NCBI RefSeq assembly: GCF_006345805.1
Contig: NC_043005.1
Location: 18,042,001-18,106,000, forward strand
From: Octopus sinensis
Taxonomy: Eukaryota
Reading direction: 5' to 3'
Length of the DNA stretch: 64,000 nt
The notes under the pieces are model-generated. The model was not told where the DNA came from. It saw nothing but the letters and a program-made list of their open reading frames with translations, and ran no database searches. Position numbers and translations under genes: made by a program. Positions 11,222 to 24,452 of this stretch are shown here, one piece after another (within the stretch, counting starts at the first letter, position 1; every line of letters starts with the position of its first letter).

Positions 11222-11400
11222 AAGGCAGGTGGAGTACAAACAAATAATGTATTAGTATAGCGCTCAGGAATAGAAATAGAAAAAGTCTTTTACGTTTCGA
11301 GCCTACGCTCTTCTACAGAAAGATACACAGAAAAGAAACAAGGAGAGAAACAAGGAGAGAAAAAATTGCGTGTAGGGACTAACGGTCCAACATGGCGTTC
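11222..11400 (-). mobile_element. dispersed PLE terminal repeat, copy 2
   Basis: Homologous to 5390-5560 and 47860-48030. Lies downstream of the GIY-YIG ORF on the same strand. Confidence 0.75.
11286..11323 (-). ncRNA. minimal type I hammerhead-like motif, CUGUAGA (U6) variant
   Basis: tcttt CTGTAGA a gagc gtag gctc GAAAC GTA aaaga. 5-bp stem I, 4-bp stem II, loopless palindromic stem III ACGT. Confidence 0.55.
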
Positions 11401-11779
11401 TGAATTCAGAAGTCAGAGAACAAAGGTCAAACGTTAGAGGTCAGACGTTAGACACTAGAGGGATAGTAGGGGAGATAACAGGGTCAAGTGACCTCGCTCC
11501 AACCTGAAGGTGCGTGTGTGCATAAGAGAGTATGTATGTGCATGCGGAAGAGGGCTGGTGGTTTGGACGTGTGTATGTATGTAGATGTGATGTGTAATGT
11601 CGTATGGTGTAGTGTAGTGTAGTGTGGGGGAAAGTGAGAGGGGGAGGAGGAGAGGAGGGGAAGGGGAGATGGAAGGAGAAGAGGGGGAGAGGGGAGGAGG
11701 AGGAGGGAGAGGAGAAGGAAGGAGAGGAGGAGAAGAAGAGAAGGAGGAGGGGAGAAAGAAGGAGAGGACCTCGTTTACA

Positions 11780-12200
11780 GGGGTCTTTGAAATATTTGAG
11801 TGTAAAATATCGTATTTGTGTATGCAGGGAGAGGTTTCCTCCCTGATGTTTAAGATGTTATCTGTTGATTGTATAATACTTAACTTTTCAGTAATACAGA
11901 GTTCATATTTAGTACCCCATCCTCTGTCGTTTTTGGATGCAGCAATAATTTTCCATTCTATTTGGGGGTTGCTTATTCTACCTTCTTTCAATGACCATAT
12001 CATATTTGATAGAGATGTCACATATATTTTTTGTTTTTGTATTTGAATGACGCAAGATGTTGTGCATGCCTTTCCTTTAACGAGTTACCTGTCATTCCGA
12101 TATACGTCTTTGCTATTCTGTTGGGATCCGTGAACTTGGCCTTATATACGTGTTCTTTCAAGAGACAGTTGTTGTTTAGAAGGCAGTGGTTTGGAGATCT

Positions 12201-12205
<5 letters not shown>
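11780..12205 (-). mobile_element. Penelope-like element GIY-YIG domain, one frameshift
   Basis: CLLNNNCLLKEHVYKAKFTDPNRIAKTYIGMTGNSLKERHAQHLASFK, frameshift, then TSLSNMIWSLK...WKII...LCITEKLSII...LNIREETSPCIHK. Confidence 0.85.
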
Positions 12206-12250
<45 letters not shown>

Positions 12251-12324
12251 CTATATATATATATATATATAATATATATATACATATATATATATACTTA
12301 TTATATATACATATATATATATAC

Positions 12325-12362
<38 letters not shown>

Positions 12363-12374
12363 TCTATATACATA

Positions 12375-12540
12375 TACGACGGGCTTCTTTCATTTCCCGT
12401 CTACCAAATCCACTCACAAGGCTTTGGTCGACCCGAGGCTATAGCAGAAGACACTTGCCCAAGGTGCTACGCAGTGGGAATGAACCCGGAACCATGCGGT
12501 TGGTAAGCAAGCTACTTACCACACAGCCACTCCTGCGCCT
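12375..12540 (-). mobile_element. SINE family A, 5' half
   Basis: Homologous to 1771-2169. Confidence 0.85.
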
Positions 12541-12589
12541 ATATTTTATAAATGCAAAACAACACCACGGAGGAATCAACGCAAGCTTA

Positions 12590-12636
12590 AATAACAAACC
12601 GCGATAGGTGAACCGCGATATGGCGAGAGATTACTG
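12590..12636. mobile_element. pogo/Tigger-like DNA transposon terminus
   Basis: ...CCGCGATAGGTGAACCGCGATATGGCGAGAGATTACTG followed by TA. Resembles a CAGTAxTCCCTCG-type TIR. The other end was not found. Confidence 0.45.
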
Positions 12637-13639
12637 TATATTTATTATTTGTTTAACATTCTTCTGTCATTTGTAACTGTTGTGTGCAGTGTAGTATATG
12701 TATGTATGTATGTACGTACGTATGTATGTATGTATGTATGTATGTATGTATGTATGTATATATGTATGTATAGGCAGATAAATATTAAATATATACATAT
12801 ACATATGTATGTATTAATTATATTAATATGCATCTGTACATACATATATGCTCACACATATGAAGAGGAAGTAGTATGTTTGATGGATAAGTAAAAAATT
12901 TGATTGGCATCTATCGATACATATAGATAGCTATGTGAATTCATAGACAGGTTTCTATCTATCTACGAAATCTCTCTCTGTCGCTCTCTCTCGCTCTCTA
13001 TTTCCCTATCTATTAGAAAAAAATATAGCGACATAGAAACTAATAAAACGATAAAATTTAGAAATTACAGACAATGTCTAGAAAAGAAATTGCTTTTGAT
13101 GTGTGAGGCAAATAAAATTAAATAAACGTACCAGTCAATATATCGCAGAAAAACAAGTTGTTTTTATTTTTACTTCAGTTGCATACGAATGGCATGTATG
13201 TCTAATACATATATTTTTTTTATTTACACGCACACACACACACACACAGAGCTCCACCACACGCACACAGAGGCACATCCCACACATGCACAACCACATC
13301 CTCCCCCCCACACAGAGGCACTTCCTCCCACACACACGCACGCACGCATGCACATACACAAAGCCGCTTCAGCACAGTTACTCAACAATTTGAATACGTG
13401 GATTGTAACCGACCAGGCTATCAGATGTTGCTACACATCGCTGGTCACAATGCGCTAGGTGTAGACTCGTGGTATATTCAGTAGCACGTTTCTGATCGTA
13501 CATGCAACTGGAATATAAATCCATCATTGCTCCGGTATGTACGTGTACGTTCCTCTAATTTTGTTTTGTACACAATAGCGATTTCATTGGACCGACCTTG
13601 GTGCTTAACTCTTTACGGGCCTGATCCACTCGAATCCTG

Positions 13640-13790
13640 AACTTAGCGGTTCAGCAAAAGATACCGATAGAATAAGTACTAGGCTTACAAAGAATAAGTC
13701 CCGGAGGCGATTTGCTCGACTAAAGGCGGTCCTCCAGCATGACCGCAGTCAAAATGACTGAAACATGAAACAAGTAAACGAATAAGCGAA
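13640..13790 (+). mobile_element. SINE family A, 3' half
   Basis: Homologous to family A. Confidence 0.8.
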
Positions 13791-13880
13791 TATATATATA
13801 TGTGTATATATATATATACATATGCATATATATATATATGCATATATATATATATACATGTTTATATATATAGGTGTATA

Positions 13881-13917
<37 letters not shown>

Positions 13918-13964
13918 ATATATAATATATATATGTATGTATTATTGTATATGTATATATAATA

Positions 13965-14175
13965 ATAACAAAGGATAAAATTAATTAATTAAGAAGTAAT
14001 CATTCATTCACCAAGTAGAATTCGGCATGAAAAAGACCATTTCATGGCTGCGTGGATTGTTTTCAAGTACTTTGGTTTTTCTGGGAGCCCCCTTTAAAGT
14101 AGAAGGAATAGCTAAGATTTTTGACTGCTATTTCTAACTTCGGTATGTGGTGAAGCAAACCTATGCTGAACCCTA
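13965..14175. mobile_element. dispersed repeat related to 28280-28541 (probable PLE terminus)
   Basis: Shares AAATTAATTAATT...ACCAAGTAG and TTGACTGCTATTTCTAA..TCGGTATGTGG with the 28.3-kb copy. Confidence 0.55.
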
Positions 14176-14204
14176 ATTATAAAGTATGTATATGTATATA
14201 TATA

Positions 14205-14364
14205 TGACGGGTTCCCTTCAGTTTTCGTCTTCCAAATCCACTCACAAGGCTGCGGTCGGCACGAGGTTATAGTAGAAGGTACTTGACCAAGGTTCCACAA
14301 AGTGAGACGGATATCAGAACCTTGTAGTTGGTTAGCAAACTTCTACCACTCAGCAACGCCTGCG
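14205..14364 (-). mobile_element. SINE family A, 5' half, diverged
   Basis: Homologous to family A. Confidence 0.8.
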
Positions 14365-14400
14365 ACACACACAGACAGACAGATACACACACACTCACAG

Positions 14401-14437
<37 letters not shown>

Positions 14438-14975
14438 CACTCATAGTTGTATGTGTGGGCGTGCTGTTATTTATGCGTGCAGTGATACTTGTCTTTAGAT
14501 ATTTGCATGTGGAAATTTTGTCTTACGATTGTATGCACAGACATATATTTCTATGTCTACATGTGTGTATACTTTCAAATTACATGCTAAATTTCTGGAA
14601 GGTTTCACATAGTTTCACATTTCAATTAAATGTCTTTTACGAGCAATTTCCTCATTACCCGTGACCGCTTTGGTTTTGTGAATCCCAGCTTCTCAATACT
14701 ATGTATGTATGCATACATGCATGTATGTGTGTGTGTATGTATGTATGTATGTATGTATGTATGTATGTATGTATGTATGTATGTATGTATGTATGCATGT
14801 ATGAATGTATGTATGTATATACGTATGTATGTATGTACATATGTAAGTATGTATATATGTATGTACGTATGTATATATTTATATATGTATGTATTCATGC
14901 ATGTGTGCATGCATGTTCGTGTATATATATATATGTGTGTGTTTGTGTGTGTGTGCGTGTGTGTATGTATGTATA

Positions 14976-15170
14976 TTAGGGTGGTGAGCTGGCAGAATCG
15001 TTAGCACACCGGTTCAAATTCTGCGGAGGTCGACTTCACCTTTCATCCTTTCGTCGTTGATTAAACAAGTACCAGTTACGCACTGGAGTCGATGTAATCA
15101 ACTTAATCTGTTCGTCTGTCCTTGTTTGTCCCCTCTATGTTTAGCCCCCGGTGGGCAATAAGGAAATATA
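14976..15170 (+). mobile_element. SINE family B with internal deletion
   Basis: Homologous to 6525-6758. Confidence 0.8.
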
Positions 15171-15325
15171 ATTATATTATATATATATATATATATATAA
15201 TATGAATTAGAGATAAAACCACTATTATGGAACTCAAACAGTGATAGACACAAACAATAACATATACCGTGAAATTTGATTTAATACTAAATTGAATTTT
15301 TTCCTTTAGTTTGAGCTATACTCCC

Positions 15326-15357
<32 letters not shown>

Positions 15358-16198
15358 ATTATTTTATATTATATTAGTAGTAGTAGTAGTAGTATTATTA
15401 TATATATGTACGCTTGATGTATGTATGAATGAATATATGAATTCATGAATGCCTATATGGATTATATATGTGTTATGCATCTATGTATATATATATGTAT
15501 GTATTACGAATGCATTATGTATACACGTGACTATGTATTAAATATGCTTGCATATATCGATATGTATACGTAAATATGTAATTATGACTGCGTGTGTGTA
15601 TGTTTTCAAGTATAGAATATTTATGCACGTATGTGTGTGTGTGTAAGAATGTATCTATGTGTGAATGTATTCTGTATGTAAACATCCATTTATCAATGTT
15701 TGTTTCGGTGAATTTAGTATGAATCAATGTATCGGTTTGCAATATAACATTCCTAAGCTCTAGATGCTGCTTCATCTGAAGAATTTCACCACAAGATTAA
15801 CCTATTTCTCTAGTAGACTCGCAACGATCCGTACATACATCTTTATATATATATTCTCACTGAATCTTGAATAATATATTTAACATTCTTTATCGCAATG
15901 GATTTCACATAAAAAAGGAAATAATATTATAATAATAATAATAATATCAGAATAAAGAAGACAAGGAAAACAAGCTACGAATGTTTTCGTATTAGATGCT
16001 GTTGCAGTTAGTGTTGAAGACGTTGTTATTTAGCCCCGGCCAAACATTTCTCAAACTAACAAACCTATGACGAATATCTTCCATCAATGACAAACTTTTT
16101 CTGTGATATCTGTAGAATTAAATTACATTATCTATGGTTGCTCTTTCTCTTAAGATAGTCGGGTGCAGCTTGAATGAGATTTAGCTTTTACTTTTTGT

Positions 16199-16298
16199 NN
16201 NNNNNNNNNNNNNNNNNNNNNNNNNNNNNNNNNNNNNNNNNNNNNNNNNNNNNNNNNNNNNNNNNNNNNNNNNNNNNNNNNNNNNNNNNNNNNNNNNN
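16199..16298. other. assembly gap (100 N)
   Basis: Run of exactly 100 N; the true size is unknown. Confidence 0.99.
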
Positions 16299-16308
16299 AC
16301 ACACACAT

Positions 16309-16477
16309 GGGGGCAGGTGTAGTGTGTGTGTGATGAGAAACTTGCTTCTCAACCACATGGTTCCGGTTTCAGTCCTACTGCGTGGGACCATGTGGCAAGT
16401 GTCTTCAACTACAGCTTTGGACCGACCAAAGCCTTGTGAGTGGATCTGGTGGACGGAAAGTGACGAAGCGCATTGTG

Positions 16478-16479
<2 letters not shown>
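16309..16479 (+). mobile_element. SINE family A, 5' half
   Basis: Homologous to family A. Confidence 0.8.
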
Positions 16480-16542
<63 letters not shown>

Positions 16543-16862
16543 GTATATCTATATGTATATTATATGTGTATATATGTATATTATTTAGATATATATGTAT
16601 TATATATATATATATATATAAACATATATACACACATATATATGTATAGAAATATGTATATCTATATGTGTATATGTATATATATACATACATATATATG
16701 TACATATACATATATACAATATATATATATATATACATGTATATATACATCTATATATATACATACACACACACACACATATATATATATTATATATATA
16801 TATATACATACATACATATATATATATATATACAAATATATTTATATATGTACGTATATATA

Positions 16863-17417
16863 CGTCCAAATAAGGCAAGGGTGCAGCCCTCTGCTGGCAA
16901 GGTCACAGTCTTCTGGGACCAGGACGGAGTAGTGATGACAGATTTCCTGACAAAGTTACCTCAATTACAGGAGCCTATTATGCTTCACTTTTGAGGAAAT
17001 TAAGAGAAGCTATCAAAATCAAGAGGCGGGGCAAGATCAGCAAAGGCATCCTCCTCCTGCAGGACAACGCTCCGGTCCACAACTCAGAAGCACAGGCGTG
17101 TGGCTATGAACTCCTCCTCCATCACCCTATGTCTCCTGAACTTGCACCCTCTGATTTTCACCTTTTCCCAGCCATGAAGTTGTTTTTGAAAGGAAAGCGT
17201 TTCCCAGATGATGCAGCCTTGATTTCTGAAGTCCCGTCGTGGCTGGAGGACCAAGCTGGGGTCTTCTACAAAAACGGTCTCCAGAGCTGCATCAAACGAT
17301 GGGAGAAATGCGTAACTCTGGGTGGTTCCTATGTAGAAAAGACTATAACTGTGCCAAGTTTTGTTGCTCTACTGCTATGGAAGTGGGTCAGGGGCATTAC
17401 TTATTGAACGCCCCTCG
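16863..17417 (+). mobile_element. mariner transposon, 3' portion with right TIR
   Basis: [14 protein letters not shown], frameshift, then LLQDNAPVH...SPELAPSDFHLF...KRWEKCVTLGGSYVEK. Ends TTATTGAACGCCCCTCG, the reverse complement of a CGAGGGGCGTTCAATAA TIR. Confidence 0.92.
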
Positions 17418-18145
17418 CGTGTATATATATATACACACACAAACACACACATATATATATATATATATATAATATATAATATATATATATATATATATAC
17501 ACATATATATACATATATATATACATATATATACTATATAATGTGTGTATGTATGTATATATGTATGTGTACGCATATATATTTATGCGCGCGTGCGTAT
17601 GTGTGTGCATGCTTACGAAATTTTGTTTTCAATTTTTAAAGCTGTATTTCATGATTATAATCTGTTCGATCGAATTATAGAATAAGAATGTATGTCTGTT
17701 TTGATCTTGAAAACCGCATTGCTACGGTTTCAACTTTGTACGTAAACACATATCAACAATGCCTCACATAGATATTTTCTGGCAACTTGATACATCTAAT
17801 ATTCACAGATCTCAGTCTTGATGTCGGGAATATGTAGAAAAAAAAAAACAAAAAAAAAAAAAACAAAAGCAAATCGAGAGACATGGTAGTTCGATAATAT
17901 ATTTAATTCCATCAAAACAAACGAGATAAAGTCCACCGTCCCCAGCTTACAAAAAAAATTTGTAAACCATACAAAAAAAGAAATGTTTTGATTTGCTTCT
18001 GGTTGATTTGCTTCTGGTTGGTTGGTTGGTTGTTCCTGTTGTCTTGCCGCAAAATGAGACAAAGCATGGTAGAGATGCTATGATATTATGGTGGAACGAA
18101 TCTCAGCCATGGTATTTGGCAAATCTAAAATTCTCAAAGCTATGA

Positions 18146-18147
18146 CA

Positions 18148-18183
<36 letters not shown>

Positions 18184-18285
18184 ATTATTATTATTATTAT
18201 TATTATTATTAATATTATTATTATTATTATCATCATCATTATTATTATATTATTATTATTATTATTATATTATATTATTATTATT
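18146..18285. repeat. (ATT)n microsatellite
   Basis: Directly visible. Confidence 0.95.
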
Positions 18286-18838
18286 GAGTGAGAGAGCAGT
18301 TCATGCCATCAAAGTGACACTGGGGTAAAATATATGAAGCCCAATATACCCATCATGACTACCGTCTGATATAAAGGTACACCAGGCACATGCATCACAA
18401 CCATATGTGCGCGACATGGTGATCTCATATCAAGATAAACAGCACATGACTTGCAGGTGGGGCCCAGTTAGAATTTTCTTCAGGTTGAGTAGCCCATCCC
18501 GCTCAAACGGTCCCTGAATAAGGGTTGTTTAGGATGTTGAAAGAAGCACCCATGTTTCCAGAGAGGTGAATTATTCAAACCCCAAAGAATCCCTCTCAAC
18601 ACATGGCTATGATGCTCACCCACTACTTCTGCTCGTGATCAGAGATGCACATATCGTCAGCCACTAAGGAACATGCTCAACTGGTTAAGGTCAAACAACT
18701 GACAAGCAAATCTGTGGTATTGAGCGAATATTTGCTGTAGCCCATCTTTATACCAAGACAAAAAAATGTACATGATAACACTTCCAATCAGTTAAGATCA
18801 GAAGCCATGCGAGCCACTGCCTGGTACTGCATAAGGAC
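18286..18838 (-). mobile_element. non-coding repeat, probably the distal 3'UTR of the adjacent R4/Dong-like LINE
   Basis: Ends ...CTCTCACTC then (AAT)n on the minus strand. Separated from the ORF end by a short AAT tract. The link to the LINE is inferred from adjacency. Confidence 0.5.
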
Positions 18839-18859
18839 ATTTTATTATTATTATTAGTA

Positions 18860-19575
18860 TTATTATATTCAGTAGTTTTATTTTTATTTTTATAGCGTGC
18901 TTTCACTTCAATACCGAGCGCAGCTCTGTGTGCCTTGGGTATGTGCTGTGATTTGTTGTGATGCTCTGATGGTTATTGTATGGAAAGGTGTTCTGCGTAG
19001 GATGTGTGCAGTGCCTAGTAGTTGCAATTTTCTGTATGTTATATGTGTTTGTAAGTCCTGGTTGTTTTGTTATGTATTTGTCTGAATATTTTTTTATCAT
19101 GCCTAATGCACCTACTATGATAGGAATTGTTTCTGTTTTCAGATTCCACATTCTAGTTACCTCTATTTCCAGGTCTTTGTATTTTGAGAGTTTCTCCATT
19201 TCTTTTAGAGACACGTTGTCATCTGCCGGTACGATACATCAATTAGAAAGCATTTTTTTTCTTCATGGTCTCTGACAACTATATCTGGTCTGTTGGCCTT
19301 AATTTCTCTATCTGTGTGTATCGGCATATCCCAGAGTATGTTTGCTTTCTCGTTTTCTGTGACCTTTTCTGGTGTGTGCCTATACATCTTTTTTCTGTTG
19401 TTATTCCATAATGTTGGCATAGCTTCCAATGTATGTAAGTTCCAACTCTGTCATGTCTGTGAATATATTCCTTCTTAGCCAGGACTGGGCAGCTAGAGAT
19501 AATATGATGTATTGTTTCTGTCCATCTCCACATATTCTGCAGTTACTTGTAAGATTTCTTTTCATTACATGTTTT
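18860..19575 (-). mobile_element. 5'-truncated R4/Dong-like non-LTR retrotransposon (CCHC plus restriction-like endonuclease), frameshifted
   Basis: CRICGDG..ETIHHIISSCPVLAKKEYIHRHD; ILWDMPIHTDREIKANRPDIVV...LIDVS; KLSKYKDLEIEV...PIIVGALG. Confidence 0.88.
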
Positions 19576-19614
19576 ATTATATTATTATTATTATTATTAT
19601 TATTATTGTTATTA

Positions 19615-19652
<38 letters not shown>

Positions 19653-19686
19653 TTATTGGTCATTGTTATTGTTATTGTTGTTGTTA

Positions 19687-19753
<67 letters not shown>

Positions 19754-19765
19754 CATTATCATCAT
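19576..19765. repeat. (ATT)n/(GTT)n microsatellite
   Basis: Directly visible. Confidence 0.95.
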
Positions 19766-20223
19766 CTTAGTTATTGTACTGGCAGTAGTTTTTCTTTCTG
19801 CAGATAAAGAAGTTGTGTTTTACATAAGGATAGCATGTTGAACAGAATATTATTTTATATGATTATAATAATAAAAACGACGACGACGAATTTGTACCTA
19901 AACACCAGCGTTTATTGGAGTAATGTGATATCTGCCTAACTGGAGATTGGTGATAGGGAGTATATCAAGTGAGCTGGTATAGGTCTAATGGAATAAAATC
20001 ATAAACGGGCATTCAGCCGATATCATGTCAGTTTATCAGATATTTATACTTATGTACATATTGAAGAGAAATGCCTATGTATGTATGTATGTATGTATGT
20101 AGGTATGTATGTATGTATGTATATATGTATGTATGCATGTATGTATGTATTGTATGTATGTATGTATATATGTATGTATGTATGTATGTATGCATGTATG
20201 TATTAGGTGATGTATGTCTGATG

Positions 20224-20260
<37 letters not shown>

Positions 20261-22941
20261 ATATATCAAATATATATAACATAAATATGTATACGTATAT
20301 ATATACGAATATATGTATATATATAATATATATATATATATAATAAATAATATATATATATATATATATATACATATACACGTACATAATAGACATTAAC
20401 AATATATCAAAATAATATATATTTGTGCTTGTGTATGTGTGTGTCTGGGTGTATGTTGTAATGATATATATATATAGTAGAAATTCAGGAAAAGGCGGCG
20501 GAATAGGAAAAGTTCGGAATAGTTTTAGGTATAGATAAGTGCACTCAAGGATAAGGTAGAAATGAAGTCTATACTGTCGATGAGAATGGTTAAGAAGATC
20601 GTTTCAAAATGGCGAGCTATTACCCAAAATGCCACACTGATACGTTGAGCAAATAATATTTCATATAGATCAGGTTGACCCTATGGTAGATAGAAACTGT
20701 ACCGGTGCCAATCAGGACTTGAAGTATTTTCACCCAGTTTCGTCCTAATTCATTGAGCAGTTACGTCTGAATAAATACACATCCTTGCAACCGAAGAAGA
20801 TCCATTCATCATCCATCCATCATCCATCCATCCACTCACGCACACGCACATATATACATGTACATATAACTCATATTCATTACATCACTACACAAGTTCG
20901 GTAAGTTGATGTTATCAGCTCACGCCACGCCTTTATATTACCATTACATTATCGTTATACAACACGCCTACAATATTTGAACATGATGGTTGTGATATAT
21001 TCCGCCTCCTGCTAATATTGATTTCACCATTAGCTATAATATTGTGGAACATATATCCTATTTCACATCATTTTATCTCACTATTAAATTTCACTTGTTA
21101 ATACGACTTCCTATCAACACCATTTCTCGTGTTGTTATCAATTCTATCACTGCATGAGAGTTAGATCAGACGGTTATGTGTTATACTAGTTAATATTACG
21201 GATCGATATCCTATATGCTATCTCAACTTTGCAAGTAGAAGTCTCTAGAACACTTTCACAAAACTGTTTATCGTTTTTATTTTGTCTTATGTTTGGTACC
21301 TTGTCAAAAGTGGACCAAACTATTTTATCCTATCATTGAAGACACCTACATCAATGTTAGAGCATGTACGTGGCCAGTCCAGTCCAGTCAATGAAAGATT
21401 CCTTGTCTGTTTTCTTGAGCTAATTTTAGTGCGAGCACTTTATACAATTACGGAGATGTACTTGCATAGCGAGTGACTTGATCTGAGATCGTGTGCTGGA
21501 ATATCCTAGTGTTTTAAAGAAGAACAGACATATTAGAAAAGGTAGCTCTAAATATACTCTTTTAAAAATACGGAATGTTCATGGCTGGAGCGTCTTTAGT
21601 ATTAAAAGTCACATGAACAACCACAACCACCATTACCAGCAGTAGTGGAAGTAAGAGTAACAACATCACATCGACGTCGACCACCACCATCATCATTATT
21701 TCGATGGAATGCAGCTGCAAATAACAAAATATGCTTTACCACACACTGTCTGACACTGAGTCTTCACAAGGAACATACAGTGTCTTATAAAGCGTGCATA
21801 ATACATAATCGAGTTAAAATAAAAGGTGCGCCATCATTATGAAATAATTTGTATTATAGGAACAAAGGTTTGTGGGGGTCCTCACTTATTTTAAATTTAA
21901 TTCAAGATGGCCTTCTAATTGTAATTTTTAGGTCCAGACTTCTTACGCAATATCGTCGCCCTGTGTCTGCTTCATATTTATGCTAAGAATACAAAATCTG
22001 TCTGGAGTATTTGACTCAATCACTATAATATAACGAGAACATAGTTTTGTTTATCGAACTGGCACATTATCGTCGAAATCGATAGCTGATCCATCCATAA
22101 AAAAAAATATTATTTCATTTAACTGAGACAGTTGTTGCCTGCTAATTGCCAATGTCTCTTCATACACGGATAGAAAGCAAATCTAAGCTAAATGCATGAG
22201 TGCATCAAAAATAATATATGATTTAACTGACTCTCTCTCTCTACATATTTATATATACGCAGTCATTTATAAGCATTTGTTATTTTAAGTACTATTTTCA
22301 GTGTAAACATATATTTATCATTTATCGCAGTTGTTTAATATAGTTTCGTGATTAAGAAAACTAATTACAGCCTAGTAATTAAAAGCAGGTGCAGGGAGAA
22401 TTAATTGATCTTATTGACAGGAATATGAATGCAAATACAGAGATTCTGTCAATGGTGTTATTGTTTTAGCTCAAGGTCAGTAGACATAATTAAATACATT
22501 GCAGCTGTGACCATCCAATCATATTTTTTAAAATATAGTGTAGCTGGGAGCACATTGAACAATGCGTTTTTTTTGATTTTTTTACACAATCGGGCGTCCG
22601 ACATTTGATTACCAATTTTAGCAGGTTGAGTGGTCATGTATCGACTGCCTCATTAACTTGAATTTGAAGTGTCGATAAGGTGGCAAAGCAGATGTCTGGG
22701 AGGTGGTTAGAGTTATTGGGTTACCTGCTCATTGGGCGTAAGCTCAAATATCCTTAAAGGTGTTTCATAATATTAAAATATTTAGTAATGCCATTCATAT
22801 AGAAAAAGACAACAGTGTAAATTAAAATATTGAAAAATATGCTAAAATACTGAACTCATGGTACATTAAAAAAAGGAGTAAATATGTAGTGAGACAGATT
22901 ATCAGACAGACAATTAAACAGATAGATAGATAGATATAGAC

Positions 22942-22982
<41 letters not shown>

Positions 22983-23848
22983 TAGATAATAGATAGATAG
23001 ATAGATAGATAGACAAATAGATAAGTTAGTATTAATATATTTCATGTATAGAACGTTATGTACTGAGCAAGATTTAAATATATGTGGCGAAGCCGATTGG
23101 CAAGCATACGAACATACAAATAGATAGGTATGTTGATGCGATAAGATGCTAATATATTTAACATACAGAGCAATAAACAGCTAACCAGAAACAAATATGT
23201 GTCAAGTAAAAACCGATATCAGTCAATGATTAATATTATTTTCAAGTCTACACAAGTACGGAAGAAAACTCCGAGCACATCGCATTACGATGCCATTGGC
23301 AAAGTGTACTGTACAATATCGTGTTTGCTGAAGTGTGATAAAATAATAAGTAAATATGCAAGATTCAAATAAGATATTTAAAATGAAAGTAAATATATTA
23401 AATCATGTTGAAATGAAAAGTAAATACTAAATATCTGTTTGTAGGTAGATATTTATCAACATACCTATCGATTTGTATGTAGGTTTATTAATCTGTATTA
23501 CCGCATATTTATTTTAATCTAGCGACGTAATGCTCCGTAAATAATGTTTTATATTTGAAATATATTGACGCTAACCTATCCATCTATTTGTGTCTGTCTG
23601 TCTGTCTCGCTATATATTCATTCCTAGTTAGCTTTCTCCTAGTGTACCGTGCATTGAATATCTATTTTAACATGAGGTTCATCTATCATTTTTTATCTAT
23701 TTTGGATCATATTTCTTCATTAGCAAATGCTATGAAACACTTGTGCATATTTGATCTCCCAACTAAAAAGCATGGAATCCAATATCTCAAACCACCTACA
23801 CAGATGTCTGCCAAGCAATCCATCAGATATTTAGATATTTATTCAACC

Positions 23849-24065
23849 TTAAGGCGGTGAGCTGGCAGAACCGTTAGCACGCTGGACGAAATGCTTAGCA
23901 GTATTTAGCCAGTCGCTACGTTCTGAGTTCAAATTCCACCGAGGTCGACTTTGCCTTTCATCCTTTCGAGGTCGATAAATTAAGTATCAGTTGTTTAGTG
24001 GAGTCGTTCTAATGTACTGCGCCCCCACAAAAAATTTCTGGCCTAGTGCCTATAGTAGAAAAGAT
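23849..24065 (+). mobile_element. SINE family B, alternative 3' tail
   Basis: Family B head and Meta-like block; tail ...AAAATTTCTGGCCTAGTGCCTATAGTAGAAA. Confidence 0.8.
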
Positions 24066-24121
24066 ACTTATTCAAACATCTTTGGAAGTCAACGTTTCAG
24101 GGGTTGGTGGTTTTTATGATC

Positions 24122-24452
24122 GTGACACTCCGTCGGTTACGGGAACGAGGGTTCCAGTTGATCCGATCAACAGAACATCTGGCTCCTGAAATTAACGTGT
24201 AAGTGGCTACGCACTCCACAGACACGTGTACCCTCGGGGAGAGATTCAGCGTGACACAGAATGTGACAAGGCTGGCCCTTTGAAATACATGTGCAAGAGA
24301 ACAGGAAGAAAGATTGAGAGAAATTTATGGTGAAAGAGTACAGCAGGGTTTGCCGTACCACCCCTGCCTGAACCACGTGGAGCTTTCGGTGTTTTCGTTC
24401 AATAAACACTCACAACACCCGGCCCGGCATCGAATCCGCGATCCTATGACGA
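24122..24452 (-). mobile_element. composite SINE: family C' 3' half joined to a different tRNA-like head
   Basis: 24122-24290 matches 43700-43880 and 59520-59700. 24295-24452 is a different sequence ending in a B-box-like GGATCGCGGATTCGATGCC on the minus strand. Confidence 0.6.

Noticed and set aside
17715-17765. Minus-strand gcattg...GAAACCGTA gcaatgc as a hammerhead
   Set aside because: Stem I is plausible, but the core cannot be fitted in register and stem II is absent.
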